Assembly (NCBI RefSeq): GCF_009914755.1
Contig: NC_060933.1
Direction: 5' to 3' (one strand)
DNA from: the human T2T-CHM13v2.0 reference genome, Homo sapiens
Length of the DNA: 64,000 bases
A program made the position numbers and the translations under genes. Shown here piece after piece: positions 27,006 to 40,483 of the stretch (the first letter of the stretch is position 1; each line of letters begins with the position of its first letter). The notes below the pieces were generated by a model. That model made no database searches, had not been told where the DNA came from, and saw only the letters and a list, made by a program, of their open reading frames with translations.

Positions 27006-27109
27006 GATTTTCAAGATTAAGCAGTTGGAATTATAATAATGTGCATTATCTCTCGCTAGCTGCTTCTAACTAGCTATTGGGTACAAGTTCCACTACCCAT
27101 GAGAACTAT

Positions 27110-28622
27110 ATACCCAGTGAGACTTTCCTCATTAGGACTACCTGAATCATAACGAAATTTCAAGAAAAAAATTGGCTGATTCTAGGACTGGGGAAAGAAA
27201 TATAAAAGATGAGCCTGGAACATTCTGTAGTACCAAAAAGAAAGAACTCAAACAAACAAAAAAAAACTAGACAAACACATCTCACTGTGATGGGACATAT
27301 CAAAAGGACACAGAAGCTAATTGAAAGAGTTTTCAATGGCCAAAACTGTAACAATTTGAGCAACCAAATAAATAAAACGGTATTGGAATATAACATTAAA
27401 CATAAGATAAATATCCATGACTCTGTATTGATGTAAATAAATGATTGAATAAGTAAATTGGGGAGAAAAGACAAATGCCAAGATGAATTTCAAATAATTT
27501 ATGTAGTTACTCTGCCCTCAAGGAGGTGGAGAATAATTTCCACTTCCCAAATATGGAAACTACATTTCTTCTTCTTACAGTGGCTTCTTCCAAAGAGTAT
27601 GATATGGAAGGGGGAAAATAAAGAGTAATTTTTCTCATGAAGAACTTGACAAATGGTACCTCAGCCAGGTGTTCAAGGTTAACATCCATAGTCACAAACC
27701 AGGTTGATAGTATATATAATACATACTATGGTTTTAATGTGTCCCCTTCTCTAAAATGTATGTGTTAAAAATTTAATTCCCAATGCAACAGTGCTGGGAG
27801 GTATAGAGTTTTGGAAGATGTTTAGGTCATGAAGTCTCCACCCTGATAAATGGATTAACACTGCTATGAAAAGGGCTGATGGAATTGGGTTCTTCCTCTT
27901 TTGCTCTTCTACCATGTGAGGTCACAGAGTTCATCCTATCTTGCCCTTCTGCCTCGTGCCATTTGAGGTGAGGACATGGCTAGAAGGCCCTCACCAGATG
28001 CACCATATGCTGGATCCTTGATCTTGAACTAGCCTGCCTCCGGAACTGTGAGAAATAAATTTATGTTCTTTATAAATTTCCCAGTCTATGGCTTTCTGTT
28101 ATAGCAGCACAAACAGATTAAGACAGTACTCTCAATATGACTTGATGAAAATGGTCCTTTATCTCTGTGATTTTCCTCCTCAAAATGCACAAGTCCACTC
28201 TAATCATGACAGAAGAGAACAAAAAGAAAAAAAAAGACTGAAGGACATTTTACAGAATATCTGAGCAGCATTCCACAAAGCTGTCAAGGTCATCAAAACC
28301 AAGGAAAGTCTGGAAAACTGGCACAGCGAAGACAAACCTAAGGAAACGTGAGGGCTAAATGTAATGCATTACCCTGGATGGGATCCTGAGACAGAAAAGG
28401 GACATTAGGTAAAAACTAAGGAAGTCTGAATAAAGTATAGACTTTAGTTAATAATAGTGTATCAATACTGGTTCATTAATCATGATATATTTATCACGTC
28501 AATGTAAGGAGTCAATAATAGGGGAAACTGGATGTGAGGTATATTGTAACTCCACTATCTTCACAATTTTTCTGTAAATTTATGCCAATTAGAAAGGAAC
28601 GGTTTATATTTTTTTTAAAAAA
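27110..28622 (+). mobile_element. L1MC3-like 3' UTR, split by MSTD
   Basis: gctgattctaggactgggg...aagatgagcctggaaca, ctgccctcaaggaggtggag, ggatcctgagacagaaaaggacattagg, taataggggaaactgg. Confidence 0.88.
27724..28125 (+). mobile_element. MSTD-like MaLR solo LTR
   Basis: tactatggttttaatgtgtcccc...aaggccctcaccagatgc...gaactgtgagaaataaattt...ttatagcagcacaaacagattaagaca. Confidence 0.92.
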
Positions 28623-29689
28623 ATCCCAAGGAAACACATACTTTAAAACCCAGAGTTTTCCAGTTGAAAACAGAACCAATGTAAGCCATCAACACAGCAA
28701 AGCCAATAAGTGGAGGACTCTTTTAATCTTTCAATATGATGAAGCACTAGCAGACTTCATGTTCCGATTGTCCTCTTGGTCACTGAAGGAATTGCAGCAG
28801 GGGAGTATAGGAGGTGGGCATAAAATTATCTGAAAACTTTTGTCTTAAGATCTGGTGCAAAAGATTGTCTGAAGTCTAGAGCAAAACCAGTTTCAATCTA
28901 TGTAAATATCAGGAAATTAAATTCCATATGTTGCATGCCAGATGCTTTTAGCTGCCGCAGCTGTGCACAAACAGTGAGCAGACAGTTTGGATTTCTCAAG
29001 CAATAGAGGTGTCATTCTTTGCAAAGGAGAAGGCTATGGCTTTCAGTTGGAGATTAAGGGGTAACGTGTATGAGTGACTTGATTCCAGCAATCTGACAAG
29101 TTAAATCACTGGACAGTTGGGAATTTCATGTAAGGCTTAAAGTTGGAAGAACCTATTAAGGGTGTCATAGTCTTTGGAACCAGAGATTGCTTTGAAACAT
29201 GTTGTTTATTTTAGAAATTGTATTTAAAATGCACATGTATAACAAGGAAAAGATGGGAGGGAGATTTCCATTCTAATTCAATATGGATGATCAACATGGA
29301 AAAATAAGAACTTCATCAACAAGTAAAAAGAAAAAGATAATAAAATGTGCCTATAGTGGCTAAAATTGATTTATATGGGACAGCTTTTAAACTTTCAGCA
29401 GGTGTCCCAAATCTCTCCAATGCCTGTCCACTTGATTTAAATGCTTTGCAAAATCTGAAGATAGCACAACACCCGGAAGGGCTAAATGAAATAAATAATA
29501 GAGTAGGAACATTTAGGAATTAGACATAAGAGGTGACATAGAAAAATTAAAGGTCTTACCATCTCATGGGAGGATGAGGAGCTTGGAGATGTAGAAAAGG
29601 GACTGATTTTTCAGGAGGAGTTCACAGAATAGAGACTTCAGTTACACTTTCAGCTCTTCCTCCAGGCAGATTGTTTCTCCTGAGCATAA

Positions 29690-29915
29690 AATAGAGCTTA
29701 GACGTTGACATTAAATTTCTGAGTTTGAATCCCAGATTGTCACATTGTTAACTGTGTGACATTCGACAGTTAACTTGATCACGCAGTACCTCAGTCTCTT
29801 CACCTATCAAATGGGCACCACACCTTTCTCATGGATTGTGTAGAAAATTCAATTAGCAAATGCCTTTAAAGAGCTTACCGTTTGGCACTTACTCAGTAAA
29901 CACCACTTGTTATTT
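29690..29915 (+). mobile_element. MIR
   Basis: ctgagtttgaatccc...aactgtgtgac...cctcagtctcttcacctatcaaatggg. Confidence 0.75.
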
Positions 29916-30194
29916 TCTTTTCTAATACTGAAATGACATTCAGAGTGCCCTTTACAGTCTAGAATGCTAATCTGAAACCAACAAAGAAGGATTTTAAAAG
30001 AGTTAGTGTGAGATCCTGAATATAATCTCAAACAAATCAATTGCATAAGATTGGAATGGTTTTGTGGATTTGGGTAAGGATTTGTGGAATAAGAAGCCTA
30101 AGTCAAAGTCACATTTCCAAAGACAATGCAACCCGGTTAGACTAGCAGGATGTCCAATAACTTATGGAGTCAAAACACATTCAGAGCATTGATT

Positions 30195-30440
30195 TTATTT
30201 TTGAACATCTCATTTTAGAAGGATATTGACAATCTAGAGTCCTCAAAAAAGACTAAGTAAGATCATAAAATTCTGAAAATCATGTTGCATGGAACAGTTG
30301 GCTGAGAAGTTTGAAACCAAAGAGAACAGATACTTCATGGAGTACACAATTACCTTCTCCAAATACTTGGAAGGTATCTATGCAACTAACTGTCAGAACC
30401 ATTGAAGGGCACTTCGAATGATAGGATCAGAATCATTTTA
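30195..30440 (+). mobile_element. L3/CR1 fragment
   Basis: cattttagaaggatattgacaatctagag...ccttctccaaatacttggaagg. Confidence 0.6.
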
Positions 30441-31230
30441 AAAAACCTCCATATCTGAGTTGGCCCTTGCTTCTGAAATCTCCAAACCCCTTTCTCCATC
30501 CTCATTCTCAGCTGATGCCCTTTTTTTTTTTCTTGCTATTTCTTTAAGAAAATGGAATCAATCAGAAGATAATTTCCACAACCTCTCACCTACCTCCCTG
30601 TATATATAAGAATAATCTACATTCTAACCTATGATGTGTTAGCTATCCAAGACCAAGATTTCCACCTCATCAGTAGACGCTACCCTCTCTCTCATCTAGT
30701 CAAAGACATTACTCAGGCAATTCTCCTCTCTTTTCTCATGAGTAATTACTTTTCTCTCTCTTCAGGATCCCTCCATTGAGCATGCAAAATTATTTCTCCC
30801 ATTAACAACAACAAAAAAATTGACATAATTTTTCCTTGTATCGCCTGCATATTAGTTTTCTTTGTCTTTATGGAAAAAACTTTAGTTACCAATTTCTCCC
30901 CTCCTCTTCTCTTTTAAACTCTTTTTAGTGAAACTTTTACCCACACTAACCACTCTAATCAAAGTAATCAGTAATTGCCATGTTGCTAACTTCAATGGTC
31001 AATTCTCGTACTCACTTTACTCATCAGCAGCATTTAATAGCATGTATCACTCTCCTCTTTAAAGCACTTTCTTCATTATTTGCCACGACACTCCATCCAC
31101 CTAGTTTTCTTTCTTCTTCTCTGGACACTCCTTATTCTCCTTTGAAGATTCTTCCTAATCTCTTCCGTTTTTAAACATTGAATGTCTAAGACTCAATTCC
31201 AGGCTAGTTTATCCTGATCTATACTCACTA

Positions 31231-31638
<408 letters not shown>

Positions 31639-32085
31639 CTACCGCCTGGCAATATTACACCTGAACGCCAGACGTTTATTACAATTGCCAACCCAACAAC
31701 TGCATAGAGATCTCTCATTTTGCATTTAAAATGAACTTTTGAGAACTGAATTCATAATATTGCCCCACTACCCTTGCACTAAAACTGCCCTATCCATAAT
31801 TTTCCACATTGTAGCCAATGAAAACTCCATCCTTTTATTTCCTAAGGCCAAAAAACTAGTAATCTTGTGATCATTCTCTTTCTCTCCCTCTCTCTCCAAT
31901 CCATCAATCCTCTTGGTTGAACCTTTACAATATATCTAGAATAATGTCACTTCTCACCACTTCCATGCCTATCTCCTTGGTCCAAGCTACCATATTCTCT
32001 CACCTGAACTATTAATGGTCTGTTTAACCTGACTCCTTGCTTGCTCCTTTTAATATCTTCTCAACAAAGCAGCTAGCATAATTCA

Positions 32086-32665
32086 TTTTTTAGACTTTTT
32101 AATTGACAAATAAAAATTGTATATATTTATTGTGTAAAACATTTTTTGATATATGTATACAATGTGGGATGGCTGAATTGAGGTAATTAACATATGCATT
32201 ACCTCACATACTTATTTTTTGTGTGGTGAGAACACTTGAAATCTGTTCTCTTAGCAACTTTCAAAAATACATTAACCATAGTCAGTAAGTTGTACAATAA
32301 ACCACTTGAACCTATTTCTCCTTTCTAACTGAAATTTTGTGTCCTATAACTAATGTAGCCAATCCCCCACCTCCATCCTCTGTAACAAACATTCTACACA
32401 GTTTCTACAAGTTCAACCCTTTTATATTCCACTTGTGAGATCACTCCATATTTGTCTTTATGTATCTGCCTTATTTTACTTAGCATTTTCCTCCAGGTTT
32501 ATCTATGTTGTAACAAATGACAGGATTTCCTTTTTGGGGGCTAAATAATATTTCATTTTGTATATATGCCACATTTTATTTATCCATTCATTCACTGATG
32601 AACACTTAGTTTGATTCCCTATGTTGGCTATTGTGAATAATGCTGTAATTAATGTTGGAAAGTAA
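32086..32665 (-). mobile_element. L1MA6/7-like 3' end
   Basis: aattgacaaataaaaattgtatatattt...cattacctcacatactta...gtggtgagaacacttgaaatct. Confidence 0.9.
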
Positions 32666-32999
32666 AGTAGTCTTTTTAAACATGAGTCAAATTGTGGCAC
32701 TTCTTACTCGGAACATTCCAATGGTGATCCCTCTTACTCAGAGTGCAAACCTGTGTCCACACCATGGCCTGCAGGGCTCTGCATAGTTTCCTGTCGCACA
32801 TTTGTCTCTTTGACCTTGTATCCAACTACAATCTTCATTTTCTCTCTCCACTTCAATGGTGTGTTAGCCTCTTCAACACAACAGTCGTTGTCTCACTTTT
32901 GAGTCTTTATATTCATTGTTATACCAATTTTGAGCTTTCTCCAAATAGCTTCATAGCTTTATTTCTAATATTAACATAATGATATCACCTCAATTTTAC

Positions 33000-34790
33000 T
33001 TCTGCCTGTTTGCAGATGACATAATCCTATATGTAAGAAGCCCTTAAGACTCCCCTAAAAGCTATTAGAACTCAATAAGCAAATTTAGTAAAGTTGCAAG
33101 ATAGAAAAGTCAACATACAAAAGTCAGTTTTGTTTCTAAAGAATAACAATAGCTTATCTAAAAAAGAAATTGAAACACAATTCCATGTACAACTGAGTCA
33201 AAAAATATGATACTTGGAAATAAATTTAACCAAGGAGGTCAAAGACTGGTACATTGAAAGGTCAACTGATCTTTGACAAGGGTGACAAGAGCACAATGAA
33301 GAAAAGAGAGTTTCTTTTATAAAAAGCATTGGGGAAAACTGGATATATGCATTCAAAAGAATGAAATTGGACCCTTATCTTACACCAGATACAAAAATCC
33401 ACTCAAAATGGATTAAAGACTTAAGCATAAAACATGGAACAGTAATACTCATAAAAAACAAAGAGAAAAACAAACCTTTTAGATATTAAACCAGGCAATG
33501 ATTTCTTGAATATGATGACAGAAGCTCAAGCAACAAAAGCAAAAATAGACAAGTAGAATGACAGTAAACTGAAAAGCTTCTGCATAGTGAAAGGAGCAGT
33601 GAACAAAATGAAAACTCAATCTGTGGAACAAGAGAAAGTATTTGCAGAACATATATCTGGTAATGGGTTAATATATAAAATATATAAGGAACTCCTACAC
33701 CTCAATAGTAAAAATCCAAATGACCAAATTTTTAAAATCTAAAAAGGACCTGAATAGACATTTCTCAAAAGAATACACACAAATAGCCCACAGATATATG
33801 AAAAGGTATTAAACATCACTAATCATCAGGGAAGTGCAAATTAAAACCACAATGATATATCACCTCACACCTATTGGGCTCGTCATTATCAAAAGAACAA
33901 AGTACAACCTGCTAGAATTACTGTTATCAAAACGACTCATGATACAAGTGTTGGCAAGGATGTGGAGAAAAGGGAACCCTTGTACACAGTTGGTGGGAAT
34001 GTAAATTGGTGCAGCACTATGGAAAAAAATGTGGTAATTCCTCAGAAAAGTAAAAACAGAATTATCATTCATTTCAGCAATCCCACTTCTGGGTATATGT
34101 CTTAAGGAATTGAAATCTAGACCTTAAAGAGCTATCTGCACTGAGGTTTATTGCAGCATTATTGGGAGTACCCTAGCTATGAAAACAACCTAAATAATCA
34201 TTGATGGTAAATGATAAATAAAATATGGTGTATGCATATAATGGAATACCATTCAGCATTAAAAAAAGAAGAAAATCCTGCTACTTGTGAAAACATGGCA
34301 GGACTTGGAGGACATTATACTAAGTGAAATGAGCCAGACACAGAAAGTGAAATACTGCATAATCTCACTAATGTGTGGGATCCTAAAGTAGTCAAACTCA
34401 TCACTTGCTAACCATGTGACATGGTTGCAAGGGGCTAAGAAGGTGTTGAAATGTGGAGGTACTGGTCAAAAAGTACAAAGGTCGAGTTATGCAAAATAAA
34501 TATATTCTGGAGATCTGTTGTATAACATAGGGCTCATGATTAAAAATACTATATTGTATCCTTAAAATTTTGCTGAGTGGATAGATCTCATGTTAAGTGC
34601 TTTAACCACAAAAAAAAAAAGCACGTGGGAGGTGATTTTTGGAGGTGATGGATAAGTTTATGACATTGATGGTGATGACGATTTCTGGGATGTATACTTA
34701 TCTACTTAACGTATCAAATTGTATACATTAAATATCTACATCTTTTTGAATGTCAATCATTCCTCACTAAAGCCGTTAATAAAAAGAAAC
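33000..34790 (+). mobile_element. L1MA9-L1MB1-like fragment (ORF2 remnant plus 3' UTR)
   Basis: tttgcagatgacata (FADD RT motif), cacctcacacc, ggatgtggagaaagggaaccc, and an L1M 3' UTR; internal deletion near 33260. Confidence 0.92.
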
Positions 34791-34834
34791 ATGATACATT
34801 GTTTACATCTTAAAATATCAAGAAATCATAAGTC

Positions 34835-34950
34835 ATCCATTTTATGACTTGTGCTCTAGAGGTTGAAAGTAATCTGTTCCATGTCACATGGTTAGCAAGT
34901 GACAGCAAAGGAAACTAATGAAAATAACTCTTTCCATTAAACCACTCTTA
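34835..34950 (-). mobile_element. MIR fragment
   Basis: tccattttatga...agaggttgaaagtaatctgttccatgtcacatggttagcaagtgacag. Confidence 0.6.
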
Positions 34951-35219
34951 AACCTTGCATGAAGTTTGTATTTGTGTAACATCTTGCCAGAAATAATTAC
35001 TTTCCTTACCTATTCTCCCATAGTTGAAGTTTAAGTAAATGAAGGTTCACTTTATTGTGTTTCTAAGGATGTGTTTATTGTACTAGCCTCATGTGCCTTT
35101 TTAACCTAGGCAAAATTTTATGGGTGCTTTTTACTACAGTGTTTCTGAAGAAAGAGAAAGCATAAATCCTAAAATAATTTCACACTTTATTATATATATA
35201 CATATACTTAAGTAGATAA

Positions 35220-35220
<1 letters not shown>

Positions 35221-35265
<45 letters not shown>
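35221..35265. repeat. (TA)22 STR
   Basis: Read directly from the sequence. Confidence 0.97.
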
Positions 35266-35268
<3 letters not shown>

Positions 35269-36318
35269 CATGAGTAGACAAGAGCACTTAAAAAAAACAC
35301 TGTGCTTTATTGCCTTTAGCTGAAACGTAGAAACTAAGTCCCATACGGTTATATTTAGCAAGGGTTATAGATTTGATCACAGGAAGGTGAGCTAATGAGG
35401 GCCCAAGGTGATGATAATTCAGGAGCTGAGCCACAGACAGAACCTTAAAATCTCCTGAATTGGAGACCAGAGTGCTCAGTTTATTTGATGGTGACAAGGG
35501 AGTGACCTGGAGTTTGATTCATAAACATCTTTTTCCTTGGGATTGTGTAAGAAGCACATGCAGCTGAAGTCTTGGGTTAGCTGAACTCTGGCAAGGGCAG
35601 GAAAAACATCTTAGTCCTCCCTCATGTAGTTTGTTCCTTCCCTTAGGCACAATGTATATTCTGCTGGTGCTTTGAAATGAAAATAAAACCACACATTTCC
35701 AGCTACTGAAGGAGTTCCCAGAGGAAATCCAACAACCAGCATCAGGGATAGTCACATCCTAGGCGTGGCATCCAAAGTCTTCATGGAATTCAGCCTAGCC
35801 ACCCGGCCTCCACTCCATCCCTCACTAACAGCCCAATGATGATTTTAAAACCTCCTCTCAACCTACATTCTCCATGTTGAGACACTGCATGTCTAGATTT
35901 GGTCCTACTTTCTTTACTTTTCCTTTTCTCCAACCCAAATGGAAAATTCTCTCAAAAAAGAAACATCATGGACCTCTAATGTCATTATGAACAGTGTATG
36001 CGTATCAGAGTGATGTGGATGGTGATGCATTTGCTTACAAAAGTTGGGAGGACAAGGGGTGTGTATGTGAGTTAGTCAACACAAGGTGAAAATACTGGTG
36101 GAAAAATCCAGCCACCTGATGACTAAAATTTCTTTAAATATAGTATCGATGACCCATGTTTCCAGGGAATTTAAAAAAGTGGTTTTCCATTGACCACACA
36201 ATTCAAATTTCAAAGAATCACATACTTAAGAGTGCTTTTATGGACTTGACATGAGAAAAAGGACAGAGAGAAAGGACTAACACAGTTCAGAATGATATAT
36301 AAATAGCCGAGGGACATG

Positions 36319-36384
36319 GTGTGTGTATGTGTGTGCGTGTGCGTGCGTGCCTGTGTGTGCGTGTGCATGCACACATGCATGCAC
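36319..36384. repeat. (TG/CG/CA)n alternating purine-pyrimidine tract
   Basis: gtgtgtgtatgtgtgtgcgtgtgcgtgcgtgc...gcatgcac. Confidence 0.9.
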
Positions 36385-37679
36385 TCTAAAACTTGTTGGC
36401 CTCAAGAAGAATATGAAATACATAGGGCCTGCCAAGATATATGGTTTCTTTTACATTACTTTATCATATTGGGAAATCTCTCTGCCTCTCCCAGCATTCA
36501 AGATACAAAGGGTTTAAAACTCAAGTTTGCCAAGAAAAACTACCATTTCCAATCTCACTCCTGTGGGGCCCAAATCAACACTACTTTCAAAGTAACTTCC
36601 CATACCCATTGCTCACCAAATATCTTTTGCTTTTGTAACATGCATAGATCACAGTTTTGGAAGCCAACATTTTCTAACTTTCTGTTGATGCTAGAGGGGA
36701 AAAGGACAACACAACCATAGATTTCCTAAGTGATTCTGAAGTTTTCGTCTGCAGTGGTTACAAAATCTTGGGACTCTTCAGCTGTTTTGTGCAATGCAAA
36801 TTCCTCTTAGTCTTTCTCCAGTTATCTTTATCTTGTTGGATTTGGGTGTTCTGTATGACACGCATTCCCCATTTCCTCTTTCCTCCCTTCATTGATGAAC
36901 ACCCTAAAACTACTTGCCTTTTGTACTTACTCCTTGTATGCCATATTGAATTTGTGAAACTTTCTTATGGCTTTTTTGTATTCAACATTTTAGAATATAT
37001 TTCTTTCTTTCAATCAGATTTTATGACTGTTTTATTTCCAGATTTTTTTAAGAGCAATTGAGGTGGTGTGGGAGGTACAGTTGATCTCTCTGAAAAATAG
37101 TCAGAAAATCCTGGTCTATAAATTTCCATTCTCCAACTTTTTTCCTGTTTTAGTCAGATTTTTTCAGGAAGTTGATCCTTGATATTTTTACCCTTACTTT
37201 AACCATAATTTAAATAAATATGTAAAGTTTTATTAAAGGATTCATTCATTTATGGAGTCCAATTATGAATTTAATTATTATTTTCTCCTCCCCAACATTC
37301 TGCTTTGAACAATTTTATCTCTTAAACCTACTGCATCTGACAAATAAAAAATTGTTTTTCTTATGCAGAGAGCCCACATCACTACAATTACTTAATATGA
37401 TTATATTCTAGATACACAAATGTTACATTTACTTAGTCTTTATGACATGCTAAGAATGAATGCCTTATTCCACAGGGCTTTTTAGAGCAACAAAAATAGT
37501 TGGTAACTCCAACATAACTTTCAAGGATGTCCCAAGAGGTCCAGAGATAACCTATTGTAACATTCACGTATTCAGTTATACCACACACACAAAAAAGTTT
37601 TGAATATCTCAAGCCAAATCAACTTCAATGAGTCTTTGAATATTTTCACATTTAAATTTCTCACCTTCTTCTTTTTCAT

Positions 37680-38325
37680 GAGCTCCACAACTACATATTC
37701 CATTGCTTATTAGAGAGCTCTTAGAGTCCCACCAGAATCTCTAACTTGGCATGAAACTGAGCTCATTTTATTTCCCTTCTAGTCCCTTATCCCAGTGAAT
37801 TGTCTAATCATCCGTGAACCACTTAATCAGAAACCAGGAAGTTATTCTCAGCATACCTTTGTCCCTTAGCCCTCATGCCCTGTCATTCCCAGAATCCTAG
37901 TAAGACTACCTCTTCAGTCTTCCTCATATATGACACTCCCACTTGACTCTGCCTAAGTTAGGCCTTTGAACCACTCATCTCAATTTCAATGACCTTTTAA
38001 CTCCTCTCTGTATTTACAATTCTGTCTCTTCTGCTCTACATAGTAACCAGCATGATATTTCTTTATCATTTATTTTACTGTATTATTTTACAGCTTAAAA
38101 CTCTTCACTTAGAAGCTCCTCATTGCTCTCAAGTGAATTTCAAGCAATTCTTTTTATTAGATTCAGGTCCATCTATCTTTGGCCTCATTGTCTTCCATAA
38201 ACATCCTCTGCTACAAACATATTATAAACCTCTTTTAATTCTTCATACCAGACCTGATCTCACACTCAAAGGTATCCAACCCTTTATATACACTGTTTCG
38301 TTTGCCTTGGGAACTCTCCTGGTGC
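37680..38325 (+). mobile_element. L2
   Basis: aaactgagctcatt, aatcagaaaccaggaagttattct, ccagcatgatatttct, cagcttaaaactcttca. Confidence 0.65.
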
Positions 38326-38444
38326 ACAAAATTTTTAACCTTTTTAATACCTACTGGCTCTATGCGTTTATTAAATAATGGTTAAGTCCTTTCTTCATGT
38401 CAAGCATTGTGCTAGGAAGTTGGGATAAAGAATCAGACACCAAC

Positions 38445-38824
38445 TGTATTAATTCATTATCAAACTGCTATAAAGACATACCCAAGACTGGTTAATTTAT
38501 AAAGAAAAGAGGTTTAATTGTCTCACAGTTCCATATGGCTGGGGAGGCCTCAGGAAACTTACAATCATGGTGGAAGGTGAGAGAGAAGCAAAGGCACATT
38601 TTATATGGTGGCAGGCATGAGAGAATGAACAAGCAAAGGGGAACAAGCCCCTTATAATACCATCAGATCTCATGAGAATGCACTCACTATTACAAGAACA
38701 GCATGGGGGAACTTCCCCCATAATCCAATAATCTCCCACGAGGTCCCACTCTTGACACATGGGGATTATGGGGATTACAATTTGAGATAAGATTTGTGTG
38801 GGGACACACAGCCAAACCACATGA
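38445..38824 (-). mobile_element. THE1C/D MaLR solo LTR
   Basis: ctgctataaagacatacccaagactgg...ggggaggcctcaggaaacttacaatcatggtggaagg...ggggacacacagccaaaccac. Confidence 0.95.
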
Positions 38825-39182
38825 CCATTCTTTTGCTTCAAGAGTCAGAGTGTAGAAAAGGAATGAGAGAAAAGTATAAATAACTATGATAGTTGGTAAG
38901 CAGGAACAAAGAAAATAGCGTAAAGAAAAAATGTATGTTAGATAAAGAAATTTGGCTTTATAAATAAACAAAGCTAAGAGACACAGAGATAGAAACTGGG
39001 TGTCAAAGGTTTTACAAGTCTGAATAAACACTGCTCTTACATGCCAAAGATTAGTGCATCCTTGCTTAGGTGATGATTGGGGACCTTGTTTCATAATCAC
39101 AGTATAAGCAGTTGTAGCAAATTCTGTTAAGGGTTTCTTTCTTACTTTTCTTGCTCTTTCTTTCCCTTTCTTTCTTTATTTG

Positions 39183-39285
39183 TTTCTTTCTCTTTTTCTC
39201 CTTTCTTCCTTCCTTCCTTCCTTCCTTCCTTCCTTCCTTCCTTCCTTCCTTCCTTCCCTCCCTCCCTCCCTCCTTCCTTCCCTCC
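39183..39285. repeat. (CTTC)n/(CCCT)n polypyrimidine STR
   Basis: About 13 CTTC units followed by CCCT units. Confidence 0.95.
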
Positions 39286-39454
39286 ACAATTACAATAATA
39301 GATAATCTTGGAATTAGACCAGAACTTGAGGTTATTCTACTTTATTTTTCAACAGATGTTTTCATCGTAATAAAATTCTCAACATGTGGTGTTCCAGTCT
39401 CAGCTTGAATATCTCCTGTGATAAGCATCCCCTTCAACTTCGAAGAAACAAATA

Positions 39455-39680
39455 ATGCTGAGTTTAGAATTAAATAACATGTGTTCAAATCCTGGCTCAG
39501 TCATGGATGGATCATCAGAATGCAGCCACTTCAATTTATCTTTTGAATTGCCCCTCATGTATATTTTAGAAATGAACCCTAGATTACAGGGCTAGTGTTG
39601 AAAAATAGAGAGATAAAGTATATAAAAATTCTCAGCACCATAACTGACCATAGTAGGTGCACAACAAACAGCAGTTCCTG
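39455..39680 (+). mobile_element. MIR
   Basis: gtgttcaaatcctggctc...agcaccataactgaccatagtaggtgc. Confidence 0.65.
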
Positions 39681-40370
39681 AAACTTTATGATGCTCTCCT
39701 CTTTGGCAAAATACCTGTTAAGATTTTACCCTTGCATGATATTTCTGCTTTCATACATAGCTAGTAGCTATAAAGTTTTCCATCTTGCTCATTAAATCTA
39801 AGACACACACACATACACACACACACACCTAGAGATGCATAAATGAGTGATTTTGGTTTGTAAAATAAAATACAGCAAATGTTATTGTTATGATTATTCA
39901 GCTGCCAGGGTGTTTTTTAATGGTACTCAGATGACAAGTGATGGAGGAAACTCTGAGGTAAATAAAATGAGATTTTGCAAACTTGTAAATGGTTCATTTA
40001 GCCTTATTCTTTAGAGAGAGAGAAGAAGCCTTCACTTTTCTCCTTCTTTAAAGAATGAATGTTAAAATACTCCGCAAAATTTTACATTCAGCAACTCATG
40101 AAGTGTTTTTTTGTTCTTTCATATATATATATATATATGTATTTCTAGGCCTGGACTCATTCAGAGAGATAGGAGAAAAAATATCGGAGTAATTCTATTG
40201 TCTTTTACAAGTCTTTACCAGTCTTTGCTTTCACTTGAAAGTTTTATAAAGATGACAACTTTATGTGTACTCTTCAATGTGGTATCAGCAGCAACCTGAA
40301 CAGTGCTTTGCCTAGAGTAGTTGCTTGAGAATTATTTAATAAAATAATTCTTGTAAAATAGGCTGATATT

Positions 40371-40483
40371 CAAAACATTCTTAGAATGAAGGGTACCTTG
40401 TTAAAGTAAGATGCCAAAGATTTGTGCATCCTTGCTTAGGTCACGTACTTCAACAAGATAGCCTTCATTCTAAGAATGTTTTG
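40371..40483. repeat. 113-bp inverted repeat (38-bp arms) whose loop duplicates 39041-39071
   Basis: Arms 40371-40408 and 40446-40483 pair at 35/38; loop segment 40411-40441 matches 39041-39071 at 30/31. Confidence 0.95.
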
